A DNA stretch of 35,863 bases from positions 1-35,863 of the IMG/VR virus record IMGVR_UViG_3300005573_000194; one strand, written 5' to 3'. The first letter of the stretch is position 1. Each line of letters begins with the position of its first letter. The notes beneath the pieces were generated by a model. It made no database searches, was not told the DNA's origin, and worked only from the letters and a program-made list of their open reading frames with translations. Position numbers and translations under genes: made by a program. The DNA comes from a virus. Taxonomy: Duplodnaviria > Caudoviricetes. Shown here piece by piece: positions 7,907 to 18,028 of this stretch.

Positions 7907-8530
7907 ATGGACACATTAGAGGAAATATTAAAATCAGCATCTTCTATTCTTGACTTATCTTATGAGTTGCCAACTGGTGATGAGTTGACGACAAGGACTA
8001 ACTTTGCCAATCAGGCGATAAAAGATGCCTGTGATTTTGGTAAACTACCCGATTTTAAGAAAGAATATTTAGTCTATGCAACAACGGCGACAATATCCTT
8101 ACCAGCTAACTTTAGGGAGCTTCACGAAAACCCGCAGGTTTGGGACACGGCTTGGATTGAATATCCTGAAATTGAGGCAGAGGAAAAATACAATTATGAT
8201 ACTGCCGATAAATATTGTTATGTTTTGGGAAACGGACAAGAGGGTAAATATCTTTATCTTAACAATTTTACCGAAGGCACGGTATCAATTATCTATCAAA
8301 AATACCCGCAGGGTTTTGCTACCTTAACTGACAAATGCGAGTTGTCTTCACCTTCCTATGTTGTCCAGCGGATTGTCTATTATGTCTTATACTCAAGAGG
8401 AGATGATAAGTTTCCTTTGGCTAAAGCAGAAAGCGAGAAGATTTTGGCTAATATGTTAGGGCGGCAATCATCTACCTCTGGAGGACAAGGTAGGGTTGTC
8501 CCTGTAAAGTTTAAAAATCCTTTAAGATGA
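7907..8530 (+). CDS. Head-tail adaptor / tail tubular protein A-like
   Basis: 207 aa, SLPANFREL motif, directly before the nozzle-like gene in podovirus order. Confidence 0.6.
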   Translation: MDTLEEILKSASSILDLSYELPTGDELTTRTNFANQAIKDACDFGKLPDFKKEYLVYATTATISLPANFRELHENPQVWDTAWIEYPEIEAEEKYNYDTADKYCYVLGNGQEGKYLYLNNFTEGTVSIIYQKYPQGFATLTDKCELSSPSYVVQRIVYYVLYSRGDDKFPLAKAESEKILANMLGRQSSTSGGQGRVVPVKFKNPLR

Positions 8531-8534
8531 CAAT

Positions 8535-10475
8535 ATGCCAATTTTTGACCAGCGTATACCAGCATATAAAAAAACAGGCACGGCTACTGCCGAGTGGAAG
8601 ACCTTTAGAAAAGGCTTAAATCTATTACTTCGTCCAACAGAAATAGGATTTGATGAGATGGCAGAAAGCGTTAATCTTATTCTTACAGGCTCAGGTGTGC
8701 CAACTGGAAGATGGGGAACAGAACTTTACTTTGATACTTTAGCAGGTGATGATGTAGGGGGACTGGGAAGTTATGTCTCAAAAGATGAAAGCCAAAGAGA
8801 TTTACTTGCCTTAACTTATGACGGGAAGATTGTTAAAAAAAGCAGTCAGTCTTATTCTTTGATAACAGGTCAATCTTACCCGACAGGCTCAACTGCCCGT
8901 TTTGAACAGTTAGGGAATAAAACTTATATTGTCTGTAAGGATGTAGCCTTAACAGAATATAACGGGACAAATCTTTCAGTTTATGCGACAATATCTGCTC
9001 CAACTGGACTATCGGCCACAAACTTTTCAGGAGCAACAGGCTCAAACAGGGTGTCTTATAAGGTAGTAGCCATATCATCAAACGGCGGACAAACAACACC
9101 CTCAACCAACTATGTTTTACAAAACCTGCCAACAGACTTAACAAAAACAGAAATAAGGTTATTTTGGACAGCCCCTTCGTGTGCTACCTACTCTGGTTTT
9201 GAAGTCTATCGGGGAAGTGAAGGAAATGAAACCTTTTTAGCCTCAACTTCAGCAGGCGTTACTTATTATGTAGATAAGGGCGAGCCAGCATCAGAGACAA
9301 TTTTACCGCCTGTAACTAATACAACAGGCGGGGTAAAGTCAAAGATTATTGCCAAGTATAAGGATAGGTTATTGGTTGTTCCTGTAGATGATCCAAATAT
9401 GCTTATGGTATCAGGACGTTATCCAGACCATTATAAATTCAGCTGGTATGATGGTGGCGGGTATATTTATATTGATCCTGACTCAGGTGATTCAATCACA
9501 AGTATTGCCGTTCAGCCTATTGCCGACAGAATTGTCGTTTATAAAAATCACTCCTCTTATTTAGTTAATCTTGATATAGTTCAGCTTGGAAACTATTGGG
9601 TGCTTGACCCACAATACTCTCCCATTTCAACCTCAATCGGAGCATCTAATCCAGATACACTAGCAACAGTTGAAAATGATACTTTCTATTTTGGCACAGA
9701 AGGGCTTTATGTTACAGGATATGAGCCAAACTTCCTAAACATCATAAGAACAAATGAAATATCAGCAAGAATTAGACCATATCTTGATTTATTATCAAAA
9801 GAAGACTATCAGACTGCCTGTGCGATGTATGTTAATAAAAAATACCTATTATCTTTTCCGTTACGAAAAGAAATTGTAGTTTATGATAGGGAGCGGGGTT
9901 GTTTTGCTTCAATCTGGAGACTGCCTTTTGGCATAGTTAAAATGAGTAAGTTTTACGAGGATAACGGAGATGAGAAGTGGGTTTTGGGGTTAGATGATGG
10001 GCGAGTGGCTGTTTTTAACCGCTATCTTAACAATGATATAGGGCAAACAATAGAGAAAACTTTACGAACAAATAAGACTGACTTTGGCGACTGGACAACT
10101 CTGCAAACAATAGAATACTTTTATTTTTTATTTAGAAATATTATAGGGACAACAAGCGTTACAATTTTGCTTGAAGATAGAAATGGATTAACAACAGGAG
10201 TAAAATCTTTTACAATATCGGGTGCCGAGATATCAGGATATACGGGGTATGGTATGGACAAATACGGCACGGCTAAATATGGAACATCTAACTCAACCAG
10301 TGTCTCAATCTCCTCCGATGAAATACCACGCTGGGGAACATTATTTAAGGTAGGAAAACTACTGCAAATGGAAGTCTCATCAACTGCCGCCAATAGTAAT
10401 TTTGAGTTGTTAAAAATTAAGGTAACGGCTAAAAAGCATCAGAGGGGCAGCCTCAGTAGTTCTACCAGAGTTTAA
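8535..10475 (+). CDS. Tail nozzle / DNA stabilisation protein (P22 gp10 or tubular B-like)
   Basis: 646 aa beta-rich, FRKGLN near N-terminus, propeller-like segments (YKDRLLV, DRIVVYK, NDTFYF); synteny. Confidence 0.65.
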   Translation: MPIFDQRIPAYKKTGTATAEWKTFRKGLNLLLRPTEIGFDEMAESVNLILTGSGVPTGRWGTELYFDTLAGDDVGGLGSYVSKDESQRDLLALTYDGKIVKKSSQSYSLITGQSYPTGSTARFEQLGNKTYIVCKDVALTEYNGTNLSVYATISAPTGLSATNFSGATGSNRVSYKVVAISSNGGQTTPSTNYVLQNLPTDLTKTEIRLFWTAPSCATYSGFEVYRGSEGNETFLASTSAGVTYYVDKGEPASETILPPVTNTTGGVKSKIIAKYKDRLLVVPVDDPNMLMVSGRYPDHYKFSWYDGGGYIYIDPDSGDSITSIAVQPIADRIVVYKNHSSYLVNLDIVQLGNYWVLDPQYSPISTSIGASNPDTLATVENDTFYFGTEGLYVTGYEPNFLNIIRTNEISARIRPYLDLLSKEDYQTACAMYVNKKYLLSFPLRKEIVVYDRERGCFASIWRLPFGIVKMSKFYEDNGDEKWVLGLDDGRVAVFNRYLNNDIGQTIEKTLRTNKTDFGDWTTLQTIEYFYFLFRNIIGTTSVTILLEDRNGLTTGVKSFTISGAEISGYTGYGMDKYGTAKYGTSNSTSVSISSDEIPRWGTLFKVGKLLQMEVSSTAANSNFELLKIKVTAKKHQRGSLSSSTRV

Positions 10476-10492
10476 ACTTACGTTAAATACTC

Positions 10493-10523
10493 TTGAAAAC
10501 CCCTCTATCAGTTAAAGTAGAAT
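10493..10523 (+). promoter_or_regulatory. Class-1 promoter
   Basis: TTGAAAACCCC, 19-bp spacer, TAGAAT 10518-23. Confidence 0.75.
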
Positions 10524-10790
10524 AAAAGTGTTAGAAATAACAACAATAAGATTAAGAATTAAAAAGCCATAAAATGTAGTTTTGCTTATAAGAGATTTAC
10601 GAGTTAAGTAAAAGGTTATTAAAACTAATAAAGAAAGAAAAAAGTTTATGAGAATAAAATTATTAAGTCCAAAAGACTTAATTAGAAAATTGTTAAAAGG
10701 ATTTATTTCAGAAGAACAAAAAGAAGACAAACATTTAAAAGTTGTAAAAAGGTCAAAAAAGCGTAGTATTAAAAACGCTAAGTAAGACAT
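10512..10790 (-). CDS. Small membrane protein (DUF5658-like), moron-type insertion
   Basis: Three hydrophobic segments, DLFTT...EINP motif, own TGnTATAAT (10797-10802) with leaderless start. Confidence 0.7.
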   Translation of the reverse strand: MSYLAFLILRFFDLFTTFKCLSSFCSSEINPFNNFLIKSFGLNNFILINFFLSLLVLITFYLTRKSLISKTTFYGFLILNLIVVISNTFILL

Positions 10791-10824
10791 ATATTTATTA
10801 TAACATATTTTTAATAAAAAATCT

Positions 10825-12003
10825 ATGGCACACGCAGGTTCTTGGTCAATCGGAGGCTTTCAACTACCAGATTTTGGTATTACCGAGAAAATAGGGGATT
10901 TATTTGGTCAAGGAAGAAATGAACAAGGTGGTTCACAACTTCGTCAAGGAACAGTATTTAATGTTGGTAATGTTCCTATTTATCAAGGATATACCCCCGC
11001 TCAACAGCAAACATTTTCAACTGGAATAGGAACTAAAGCGTATGTTCAACCAACCAACACAGGTGGAAACACAGGTGGGAGTGGAGGTGGTGGTAATCCT
11101 TCTCCAAGCGGTGATACTGGAGGCGGTCAACCACAAGAAGACCCAATGGCAAGAATAAAGGCAGAGGTAGAAAGTATTTTTTCACCCTTAATGAACTACT
11201 ATAATCAGGCAGAAAGTGCGGTGACAGAGGAATATAATCGTTACAAACCAGAACTTGAGCAGCAATATGCCACTTCATTATCTGACATTACTAATCAAAA
11301 AACACAGGGGGAAAGAGAGCTGGCTCAACAGGAAGAAGCAGCAGGAAGAAGACGAGAAGATGCTTTATCTGCGGCAAGAAGACTTTATGATGAGTTAAGA
11401 CGAGGTGGAAGACAAAGATTTGGGGGTGCTTCTTCAGCGGGACAGGCGTTTACCGAATTAACCGCTCAAGAACAGCAAAGACAATCAGGAAATGTATGGC
11501 AAGCATATCAAACAGCAGTTGATAATCTTAATAAGTATAAGGCTAATCTTTTGGATAACTTTGCTCAAGCTCAAAAAGAATTAGAGTTGGCAAAAACTTC
11601 TGCTTTAAATCAAGCCTACTCTGATTATCAAAATAGACTTAATCAGATTAGATCAATGAGGGCTCAAACAGAAAGTAGTAAGGCTTCTTTAGCCCTTGAG
11701 GCTTTACAAAACTTAAGAAATCAAGCCTATCAGATAAACTTACAATCTCTTAATCTGGCTCAAACTTTGGCGGCTAATAAACAAATGGCAGTAAGTTATG
11801 TAGATAACTATGCTCAAAAAGTAATGAACTCTTTAATGGGTGGACAAACAACCTATCAAAACTTAGTGGCAGGAACTACAACTAATCCAACAACTAATCT
11901 ATCAATAGGCGGAAGACAAGCAACAACTACACCAGGAATGATTGGCAGTATAAGATATACAAGACCAGAAGAATATCTACAGCAACTTGGATATTATGGG
12001 TAA
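10825..12003 (+). CDS. Internal virion / DNA ejection protein
   Basis: Gly-rich N-terminus and long Q/A-rich coiled coil; position after nozzle. Confidence 0.6.
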   Translation: MAHAGSWSIGGFQLPDFGITEKIGDLFGQGRNEQGGSQLRQGTVFNVGNVPIYQGYTPAQQQTFSTGIGTKAYVQPTNTGGNTGGSGGGGNPSPSGDTGGGQPQEDPMARIKAEVESIFSPLMNYYNQAESAVTEEYNRYKPELEQQYATSLSDITNQKTQGERELAQQEEAAGRRREDALSAARRLYDELRRGGRQRFGGASSAGQAFTELTAQEQQRQSGNVWQAYQTAVDNLNKYKANLLDNFAQAQKELELAKTSALNQAYSDYQNRLNQIRSMRAQTESSKASLALEALQNLRNQAYQINLQSLNLAQTLAANKQMAVSYVDNYAQKVMNSLMGGQTTYQNLVAGTTTNPTTNLSIGGRQATTTPGMIGSIRYTRPEEYLQQLGYYG

Positions 12004-12018
12004 GGACAATAAGTAAGA

Positions 12019-12049
12019 TTGAAAACCCCTCTATAAAATCTGCTATTAT
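12019..12049 (+). promoter_or_regulatory. Class-1 promoter (leaderless)
   Basis: TTGAAAACCCC, 19-bp spacer, TGcTATTAT; ATG at 12058. Confidence 0.75.
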
Positions 12050-12057
12050 ATAGGAAT

Positions 12058-15000
12058 ATGGACTTACTATCAGCAGTAATAAATAAAGTAAAATCGGTAG
12101 CCGCATCAATGGGGAAAAGTATTTCTGACAATGAAGGATTTATTCAGCAGGGAAGACCTACTCTACAGCCGATACAACAGGCAATAACAAACTGGGCATC
12201 ACAGCCTCAAAATTATCAGGTGGCTAATACTTTGGCCAATATCCCACAAACTATAAATACAGGCTTGTCTAATCTAAAGACTAATATCGGAATGATTGCC
12301 AGTCCTCAAACAAGAACGGATTGGTTTAGGGGTTTTACACCACAAATACCACAACAAATTAGCCAACCGATATCAAATTTAAAGCAAAATATATCATTAT
12401 TAGCCAATCCTCAAACAAGAGGAACATTTTTGAAGGGATTTACTCCGAATATCTCACCAGAAATAACACAACCAATCCAAAGGACAGCAGACTTTTTAAC
12501 TAATAAAAACTATGCTGCTGCTTTATTTAGAAACGCTACGCCTAAAAATCCTATTCTAAAATGGGCTTATAATCAGTTTATTTATAATCCAGAGGAAAAA
12601 CAACCTTTTCCATCTGGTTTTATCGCTGATGTCAACAGATTGGCAAAAGCGGAGGAAGATTTTAAAAAAGGAAAAATATCAAAAAAAGAATTGCAAGATA
12701 TAAGATTTAAAGCATACTCGAACCCAGTTTTTGCTCTATCAACACCAATAGAGCCAGTTAAAAAAGAAAATTTAAGAATGGTATCACAAGCGGTCAAACA
12801 AGGTCATATTACCGCAGAGGAAGGACAGGCAATTTTGGAGGATTTAGCAAAACAGGGTGGGAAGATTAAAATAAAGGGAGAAACCACTCCTCCACCAACA
12901 ACTTTACCAGTAGGGGAGAGCGGGGGAGAGGTAGGAAAGATTAAGATAAAGGGCTCTGTAGAGCCACAAACGGCAGAAAACATAAGTCAATTTACAGAGA
13001 CAGTTAAAACTTCTCCAAAAACACCAAAAAAAATTAAAGAAGTGGTTGAAAATGCTTATTACAGACCAACAACTAATGTTCAAGACATAGCCAATGCTCA
13101 AAACACATTAAATCTTTTAGGTTGGGATAAAGCAAAAGAAAAGTTATTAAAAGAACCATTAACCTCTGAAAACTCAATGTTAGGACAAATTATGGCATCA
13201 AAAGCTTTTAAAGAAGGAAAGTTTGATGAGGGGAATGAGATTATCAAAAACTTATCTCTTAAAGCAACAAAAAGCGGACAATCAATTCAAGCCCTATCGG
13301 TTTGGTCTAAATTTACTCCAGAAGGAATGGTAAAGTTTGCTCAAAAAGAAATAGAAAATGCCAATAATTCAATGCCTTTATTAAATAAGATTTTAGGCAA
13401 AAAAGGAGAATGGACGGCAGAAGACTCAAAGTTCATCACCGAGCAGATGAAGAAAATAAATACCTTAACTGACGAGGCACAAAAAACAGAAGCAACAAGA
13501 GGAGTATTTGATTATATTAGTAAAAAGTTGCCGTGGGGGGCTTCTGATTTAATAGATGAGTTTAGATATAACAATATGCTTTCCAATCCTCTAACTCATT
13601 TAAGAAATGCTATTAACAATTTACAACAAACATTTTTAGTAAGACCAGCTACTTTGGCTGCTGAAGGAAAACCAATAGAGGCGGTTAAATATGAGATAGG
13701 AGCGTTAAAATCATTACCCGATGCTTTTGATGCTTTTAAACAAGCGTTAAGAGGAAAAGAAACGTTTGGGAAGATGGACGTAGCAGAAATTGGCAGTCAA
13801 CTTCAAAAACCAAAAAGACTGGGAGCATATAATCTCCCAACAAACGCAATGGAGGCAGCCGATAAATTCTTTTCTACTTTAATAATCGGGGGGGAGAAAG
13901 CAAGAGGAAAAGGAGTGGAAGAAGCAATAAAGACTGCCGAATATTTTTTATTTAGACAAGGATTAAAACCTGAACAACAAGGAGTTTTGCTTAATAAAAT
14001 AGATGATATTACGAGAGCGGTTTATCAATTAAGAAAGGTGGGTTTAGGTTGGTTTATTCCCTTTATACGAACCCCAATGAACGTAGCAAAACAATGGATT
14101 GAGTATTCACCTGCTGGTTTTTTAACAACTATCGGGGCAGCCAATAAAAAAGAACAAGTGGCAAAGGCTTTACTTGGAACATTGGCAACAGCAATCGGGG
14201 CAGAGTTGGCTTTACAAGATAGGGTTACGTGGGCAGCTCCAACTGACCCATTACAAAAAAAATTATTCTATGATAGTGGAAGAAAACCTTATTCAATTAA
14301 GATTGGTGATAAGTGGATACCAATGCAAAATGCTGGAGTTTTTGCTTGGGCTTTAGGAATTCCTGCGGCTGTGAAATATTATACTCAAGAGTCAAGAGAG
14401 GCTTTGTCAGATGATCAGATTACAAAACTTACTAAAATAATGACCTCTATTGCTGGCTTTTGGTCTAATCAAACTTTTGTATCGGGGTTGGCGAGTTTTG
14501 TTAAGTTAGCAGAGGGTGATATTGATTATAGTCTTCCTAAAAATATCGGGTATAGTTTAGGACAACTAAAACCAATGGAGGGTTTAATGAGATATGTAGC
14601 AACGGTGATTGACCCAGTTTTTAGAAAACCAAGAACAATAGGAGAACAGTTAATATCAGATATTCCTTTTTTAACAAAGCAATTACCAGCATATGAGACA
14701 ACTTTAGGTGAACCTGCAACAAGAAATATCACTAATTATATTGCTCCATACGCTTGGGGTTTTGAAAACAAACAATTTGAAGAGCCATATCAGCAAAGAA
14801 CAAAACAACTTCAAGAAAACTCTCTAGTTAATAAATTAAAAAATGAGGAAGAAGGAGGCTTAAAACAAGTTGGTAGTAAAATTTTAATAACCAGTCAAGA
14901 CGGAAATGTTAAAATGCTTGACTTGTCAAAAATTATGCCTTCTGATACCGACACCAACTATCAAAAAGCCTTAAAGCAGAAAAAAGCCTTCTCTTATGTA

Positions 15001-15504
15001 GATGAAATTTTAGAAAGCAATATGTCAGTTGAAGATCAGGGAAAAGCACTGGCTAAACTTGGAATTGACCCAGAAGATGCCGCCTATTATAACGTCGCAA
15101 GACAGCCAAATGATATTAAGGAAGTATATGTCAGAGATGAGATTGGTAAATATGGAAACAATAGACAAGAGATGCTTAACTCTCTTCTTAAAATGAGACG
15201 GGAGGTAAATAATAAACCTATTCTAACGTCAGAAATTACCAAGTCTTTATATGAGGACGGGATAATAAGTTATGATGAGAAAAAGTGGTTGGATAATGCC
15301 TCCTACACAAAAGACGGACAGGTGAAGGTAAAGTTGACAGGCAGGGGAAGAACGGCTAAACTTAAATCAATAAGCTATAAGGCTAAAAAACTATCTATGA
15401 AAGTGCCAAAACTAAAGGCAGTTAAGATAGGCGGGATTAGAAAGTCGGCAGGCAAATCAGGACGAGGCAGAATATTTAAAGTTAGAAAAGTTAGTTATAA
15501 ATAA
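12058..15504 (+). CDS. Large internal virion / ejection protein (large polyvalent protein-like)
   Basis: 1148 aa, helical; motifs NMLSNPLTHLRN, FIPFIRTPMN, PYSIKIGDKW typical of podovirus ejection proteins. Confidence 0.65.
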   Translation: MDLLSAVINKVKSVAASMGKSISDNEGFIQQGRPTLQPIQQAITNWASQPQNYQVANTLANIPQTINTGLSNLKTNIGMIASPQTRTDWFRGFTPQIPQQISQPISNLKQNISLLANPQTRGTFLKGFTPNISPEITQPIQRTADFLTNKNYAAALFRNATPKNPILKWAYNQFIYNPEEKQPFPSGFIADVNRLAKAEEDFKKGKISKKELQDIRFKAYSNPVFALSTPIEPVKKENLRMVSQAVKQGHITAEEGQAILEDLAKQGGKIKIKGETTPPPTTLPVGESGGEVGKIKIKGSVEPQTAENISQFTETVKTSPKTPKKIKEVVENAYYRPTTNVQDIANAQNTLNLLGWDKAKEKLLKEPLTSENSMLGQIMASKAFKEGKFDEGNEIIKNLSLKATKSGQSIQALSVWSKFTPEGMVKFAQKEIENANNSMPLLNKILGKKGEWTAEDSKFITEQMKKINTLTDEAQKTEATRGVFDYISKKLPWGASDLIDEFRYNNMLSNPLTHLRNAINNLQQTFLVRPATLAAEGKPIEAVKYEIGALKSLPDAFDAFKQALRGKETFGKMDVAEIGSQLQKPKRLGAYNLPTNAMEAADKFFSTLIIGGEKARGKGVEEAIKTAEYFLFRQGLKPEQQGVLLNKIDDITRAVYQLRKVGLGWFIPFIRTPMNVAKQWIEYSPAGFLTTIGAANKKEQVAKALLGTLATAIGAELALQDRVTWAAPTDPLQKKLFYDSGRKPYSIKIGDKWIPMQNAGVFAWALGIPAAVKYYTQESREALSDDQITKLTKIMTSIAGFWSNQTFVSGLASFVKLAEGDIDYSLPKNIGYSLGQLKPMEGLMRYVATVIDPVFRKPRTIGEQLISDIPFLTKQLPAYETTLGEPATRNITNYIAPYAWGFENKQFEEPYQQRTKQLQENSLVNKLKNEEEGGLKQVGSKILITSQDGNVKMLDLSKIMPSDTDTNYQKALKQKKAFSYVDEILESNMSVEDQGKALAKLGIDPEDAAYYNVARQPNDIKEVYVRDEIGKYGNNRQEMLNSLLKMRREVNNKPILTSEITKSLYEDGIISYDEKKWLDNASYTKDGQVKVKLTGRGRTAKLKSISYKAKKLSMKVPKLKAVKIGGIRKSAGKSGRGRIFKVRKVSYK

Positions 15505-15510
15505 ACTACT

Positions 15511-15882
15511 ATGGATATTAAAATAGTCGACAGAGAGGGAAAGGAAGTAAAACAAGAGAAGACAGAGGTAAAAGAGCCAGAGACAATAGCGGTAAAACTG
15601 GATGAGTATATGCTTCCGTCAATCGCCTCTCTTTTTGACTTAAAACCACAAGAAGTTGGAAAATATAAGGAAGAATTAAAGACTTTATATGAGTATGCTA
15701 AAACACAGACCAACGAAAGAACACCAGAGGCTCTTAAATGGGCTATCCGTTCATTACAAGGAAAAATCGGATCTCCTCCTTTTGGTGAGCGGTGGATTAC
15801 CTATCTTAACCGATATGTAAGGCTACGGATGGAAAAAAATAAAATAGAGGAGGAGATTAAAAGTTTTGAGCAAAACGTATGA
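15511..15882 (+). CDS. Hypothetical protein
   Basis: 123-aa ORF closely packed in the operon. Confidence 0.7.
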   Translation: MDIKIVDREGKEVKQEKTEVKEPETIAVKLDEYMLPSIASLFDLKPQEVGKYKEELKTLYEYAKTQTNERTPEALKWAIRSLQGKIGSPPFGERWITYLNRYVRLRMEKNKIEEEIKSFEQNV

Positions 15883-16217
15883 GTGTAATAACAGACCTTT
15901 ATAAACAACTTTTTGGAAGAAAAGGGATTGCTGATGGAAATGTTATTGATATGGCGGAGCACGGAAGGGCAGGCGGAGTATCAACGGGTCAACCTTTCAA
16001 GTTCACAAGAAAAGTGGATGAGAAAACTTTAATAGATGAGGTAGACAGCACAACTACTTATATTGGCAAGGCTAAAACAGGCTCATCTACTTCCGATGCG
16101 GTGTGGCAGATTAAAAAGATTGTTACAACTGGCACGGTTACAGAAATATTATTTGCGGATGGGGACGAAAACTACAATAACATTTGGAATGACCGCACCT
16201 CTCTTACTTATAGTTGA
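15879..16217 (+). CDS. Hypothetical virion-associated protein
   Basis: TYIGKA...WQIKKI...FADG...WNDRTSLTYS, a pattern seen in small phage structural proteins. Confidence 0.65.
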   Translation: MSVITDLYKQLFGRKGIADGNVIDMAEHGRAGGVSTGQPFKFTRKVDEKTLIDEVDSTTTYIGKAKTGSSTSDAVWQIKKIVTTGTVTEILFADGDENYNNIWNDRTSLTYS

Positions 16218-16244
16218 AAACCCCTTATACTCTTTCTTTATAAT
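16214..16244 (+). promoter_or_regulatory. Class-1 promoter
   Basis: TTGAAAACCCC, 19-bp spacer, TATAAT 16239-44. Confidence 0.8.
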
Positions 16245-16311
16245 TGAATTGTTATAAGTATTTTATTGTAAAAAACTATTTCAATAATTACAAATTTAAT
16301 AATATAAAACT

Positions 16312-18024
16312 ATGGGATTGATGTATCCGCCTTCCGAGAACGGTCTTCAAAAGACCCTTGCGGCTCAACTTAATGCGGGGGAAACTTCCCAGATGACCTT
16401 AAATAATACGACAGGTATTCAAAACAAGCCTGGTATAGTTGTTATTGATAGAATTGACACCTCGTCAAAAGAAAAAGATCCTTCTGTTCGTGAGTATATA
16501 GAATATACTGGTGTATCAGGAAATAATTTAACAGGCTTAACAAGAGGAATGGCTAATTCAACTGACCAAGACCATTTGGTTGGGGCGGTAGTTGAGTTTA
16601 TACCAGATGTAACGGTATTTCAGGCTATAAATGATACTATAACTACTCAACACAACTCAGACGGTACTCACGCAAAAATTCAAGGACTTGATAACAATGA
16701 GGCTATTACTCAAAAGGACAGCACTGGGACGGCAAGAAGCGTTGCAAAGGTTAATTCTTCTGATATTTTAGAAATTGGTGATAGTAATTTAGCAGGACAG
16801 CAATTTAATACTCCGCTTGTTAATAATACAGCAATTCAACAGAAGGATAGCACTGGGACGGCAAGAGATGTTTCTAAAATTGATAGTTCTGATGTTTTAA
16901 CAGTTGGTAATAACACAACGCCAACTAAAATAAAAGCAGGTTCAAATACAACCTCTGGTCATACAGTGCCAAATGTGGCAGATGATACTTTTGCTTTACT
17001 TTCTAATCTTTATAACTCTATTTATCGTCAGGCTTTAATAAATGGAGCTTTTGATGTGTGGCAAAGAGGAACAAGCTTTACTCCCAACGACGATACTTAT
17101 ACCGCTGATAGTTGGACGCTTTTGACAGAAACAAATGCGGCTTGGACAATAGCAAGAGACACAGATGTTCCCGATGGTTTTATCTATAGTGCTAAACTTT
17201 CAAATGTTACGGCTAATAATCAGGTAGCACTGGTTCAGTTTATTGAAAATATAAATGCTAAAAAGTTTCAAAATAAAAAGGTATCCTTGTCTTTTTACGC
17301 AAAAACAATTGGAACTGAAATTGCTAATTTAAGAGCGGCAGTTTTATCTTGGACTGGAACGGCTGATAGTTTAACTTCCGACGTTATAGCAACTTGGGCA
17401 CAAGATGGGACTAATCCGACTTGGGCAACAAACTGGACAATGGAAAATACCCCCAGTAATCTTGCTCTAACATCTTCTTATCAGCAATTTAAGATTGAAA
17501 ATATCAACATTGATACTTCTGAGATGACTAACTTAGCGGTAGTTATATGGGTTGATGATGGAACAATTGCATCAGGCGATGATTTTTATATTACAGGTGT
17601 TCAATTAAATGTCGGTGAAACTGCTTTATCTTTTCAGCCAAAAAGTTTTGATGATGAATTAAGAGCTTGTATGAGATATTATGAAAACTCTTATCCTTAT
17701 GGAACTGCCGTTGGTACGGCAGATGGTTATGAACAACAGGGTATAGCTCACGCCTACGCCTTCAGTTCTTCTATCTTATATCCTCAAATTATTTATAGGG
17801 TTAAAAAAAGAATAACTCCAACCGTTGTTTTTTACGCCGTCAATAGTCCGACGGGAAGCGGTACTATCAATAATATAAGAAATAATACCGATTCTACGCT
17901 GGTAGATGTTTCAGGTTGTACTTTTACAGGTTCTTCCAATAATTTAGGTTTTATTACAAAAAGCTCACCATTTTTAACAGGAAAATATTACGGGTTTAAT
18001 TGGACAGCAAACGCCGAATTATAA
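16312..18024 (+). CDS. Tail fibre / receptor-binding protein
   Basis: N-terminal anchor (EYIEYTG...LTGLTRG), duplicated QKDSTGTAR repeat, LINGAFDVWQRG carbohydrate-binding-like domain, ELRACMRYYE. Confidence 0.8.
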   Translation: MGLMYPPSENGLQKTLAAQLNAGETSQMTLNNTTGIQNKPGIVVIDRIDTSSKEKDPSVREYIEYTGVSGNNLTGLTRGMANSTDQDHLVGAVVEFIPDVTVFQAINDTITTQHNSDGTHAKIQGLDNNEAITQKDSTGTARSVAKVNSSDILEIGDSNLAGQQFNTPLVNNTAIQQKDSTGTARDVSKIDSSDVLTVGNNTTPTKIKAGSNTTSGHTVPNVADDTFALLSNLYNSIYRQALINGAFDVWQRGTSFTPNDDTYTADSWTLLTETNAAWTIARDTDVPDGFIYSAKLSNVTANNQVALVQFIENINAKKFQNKKVSLSFYAKTIGTEIANLRAAVLSWTGTADSLTSDVIATWAQDGTNPTWATNWTMENTPSNLALTSSYQQFKIENINIDTSEMTNLAVVIWVDDGTIASGDDFYITGVQLNVGETALSFQPKSFDDELRACMRYYENSYPYGTAVGTADGYEQQGIAHAYAFSSSILYPQIIYRVKKRITPTVVFYAVNSPTGSGTINNIRNNTDSTLVDVSGCTFTGSSNNLGFITKSSPFLTGKYYGFNWTANAEL

Positions 18025-18028
18025 TAAT

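Noticed and set aside
16690-16910. Direct repeat in the tail fibre as a DGR or invertible segment
   Set aside because: In-frame protein repeat without adenine-specific differences; no invertase present
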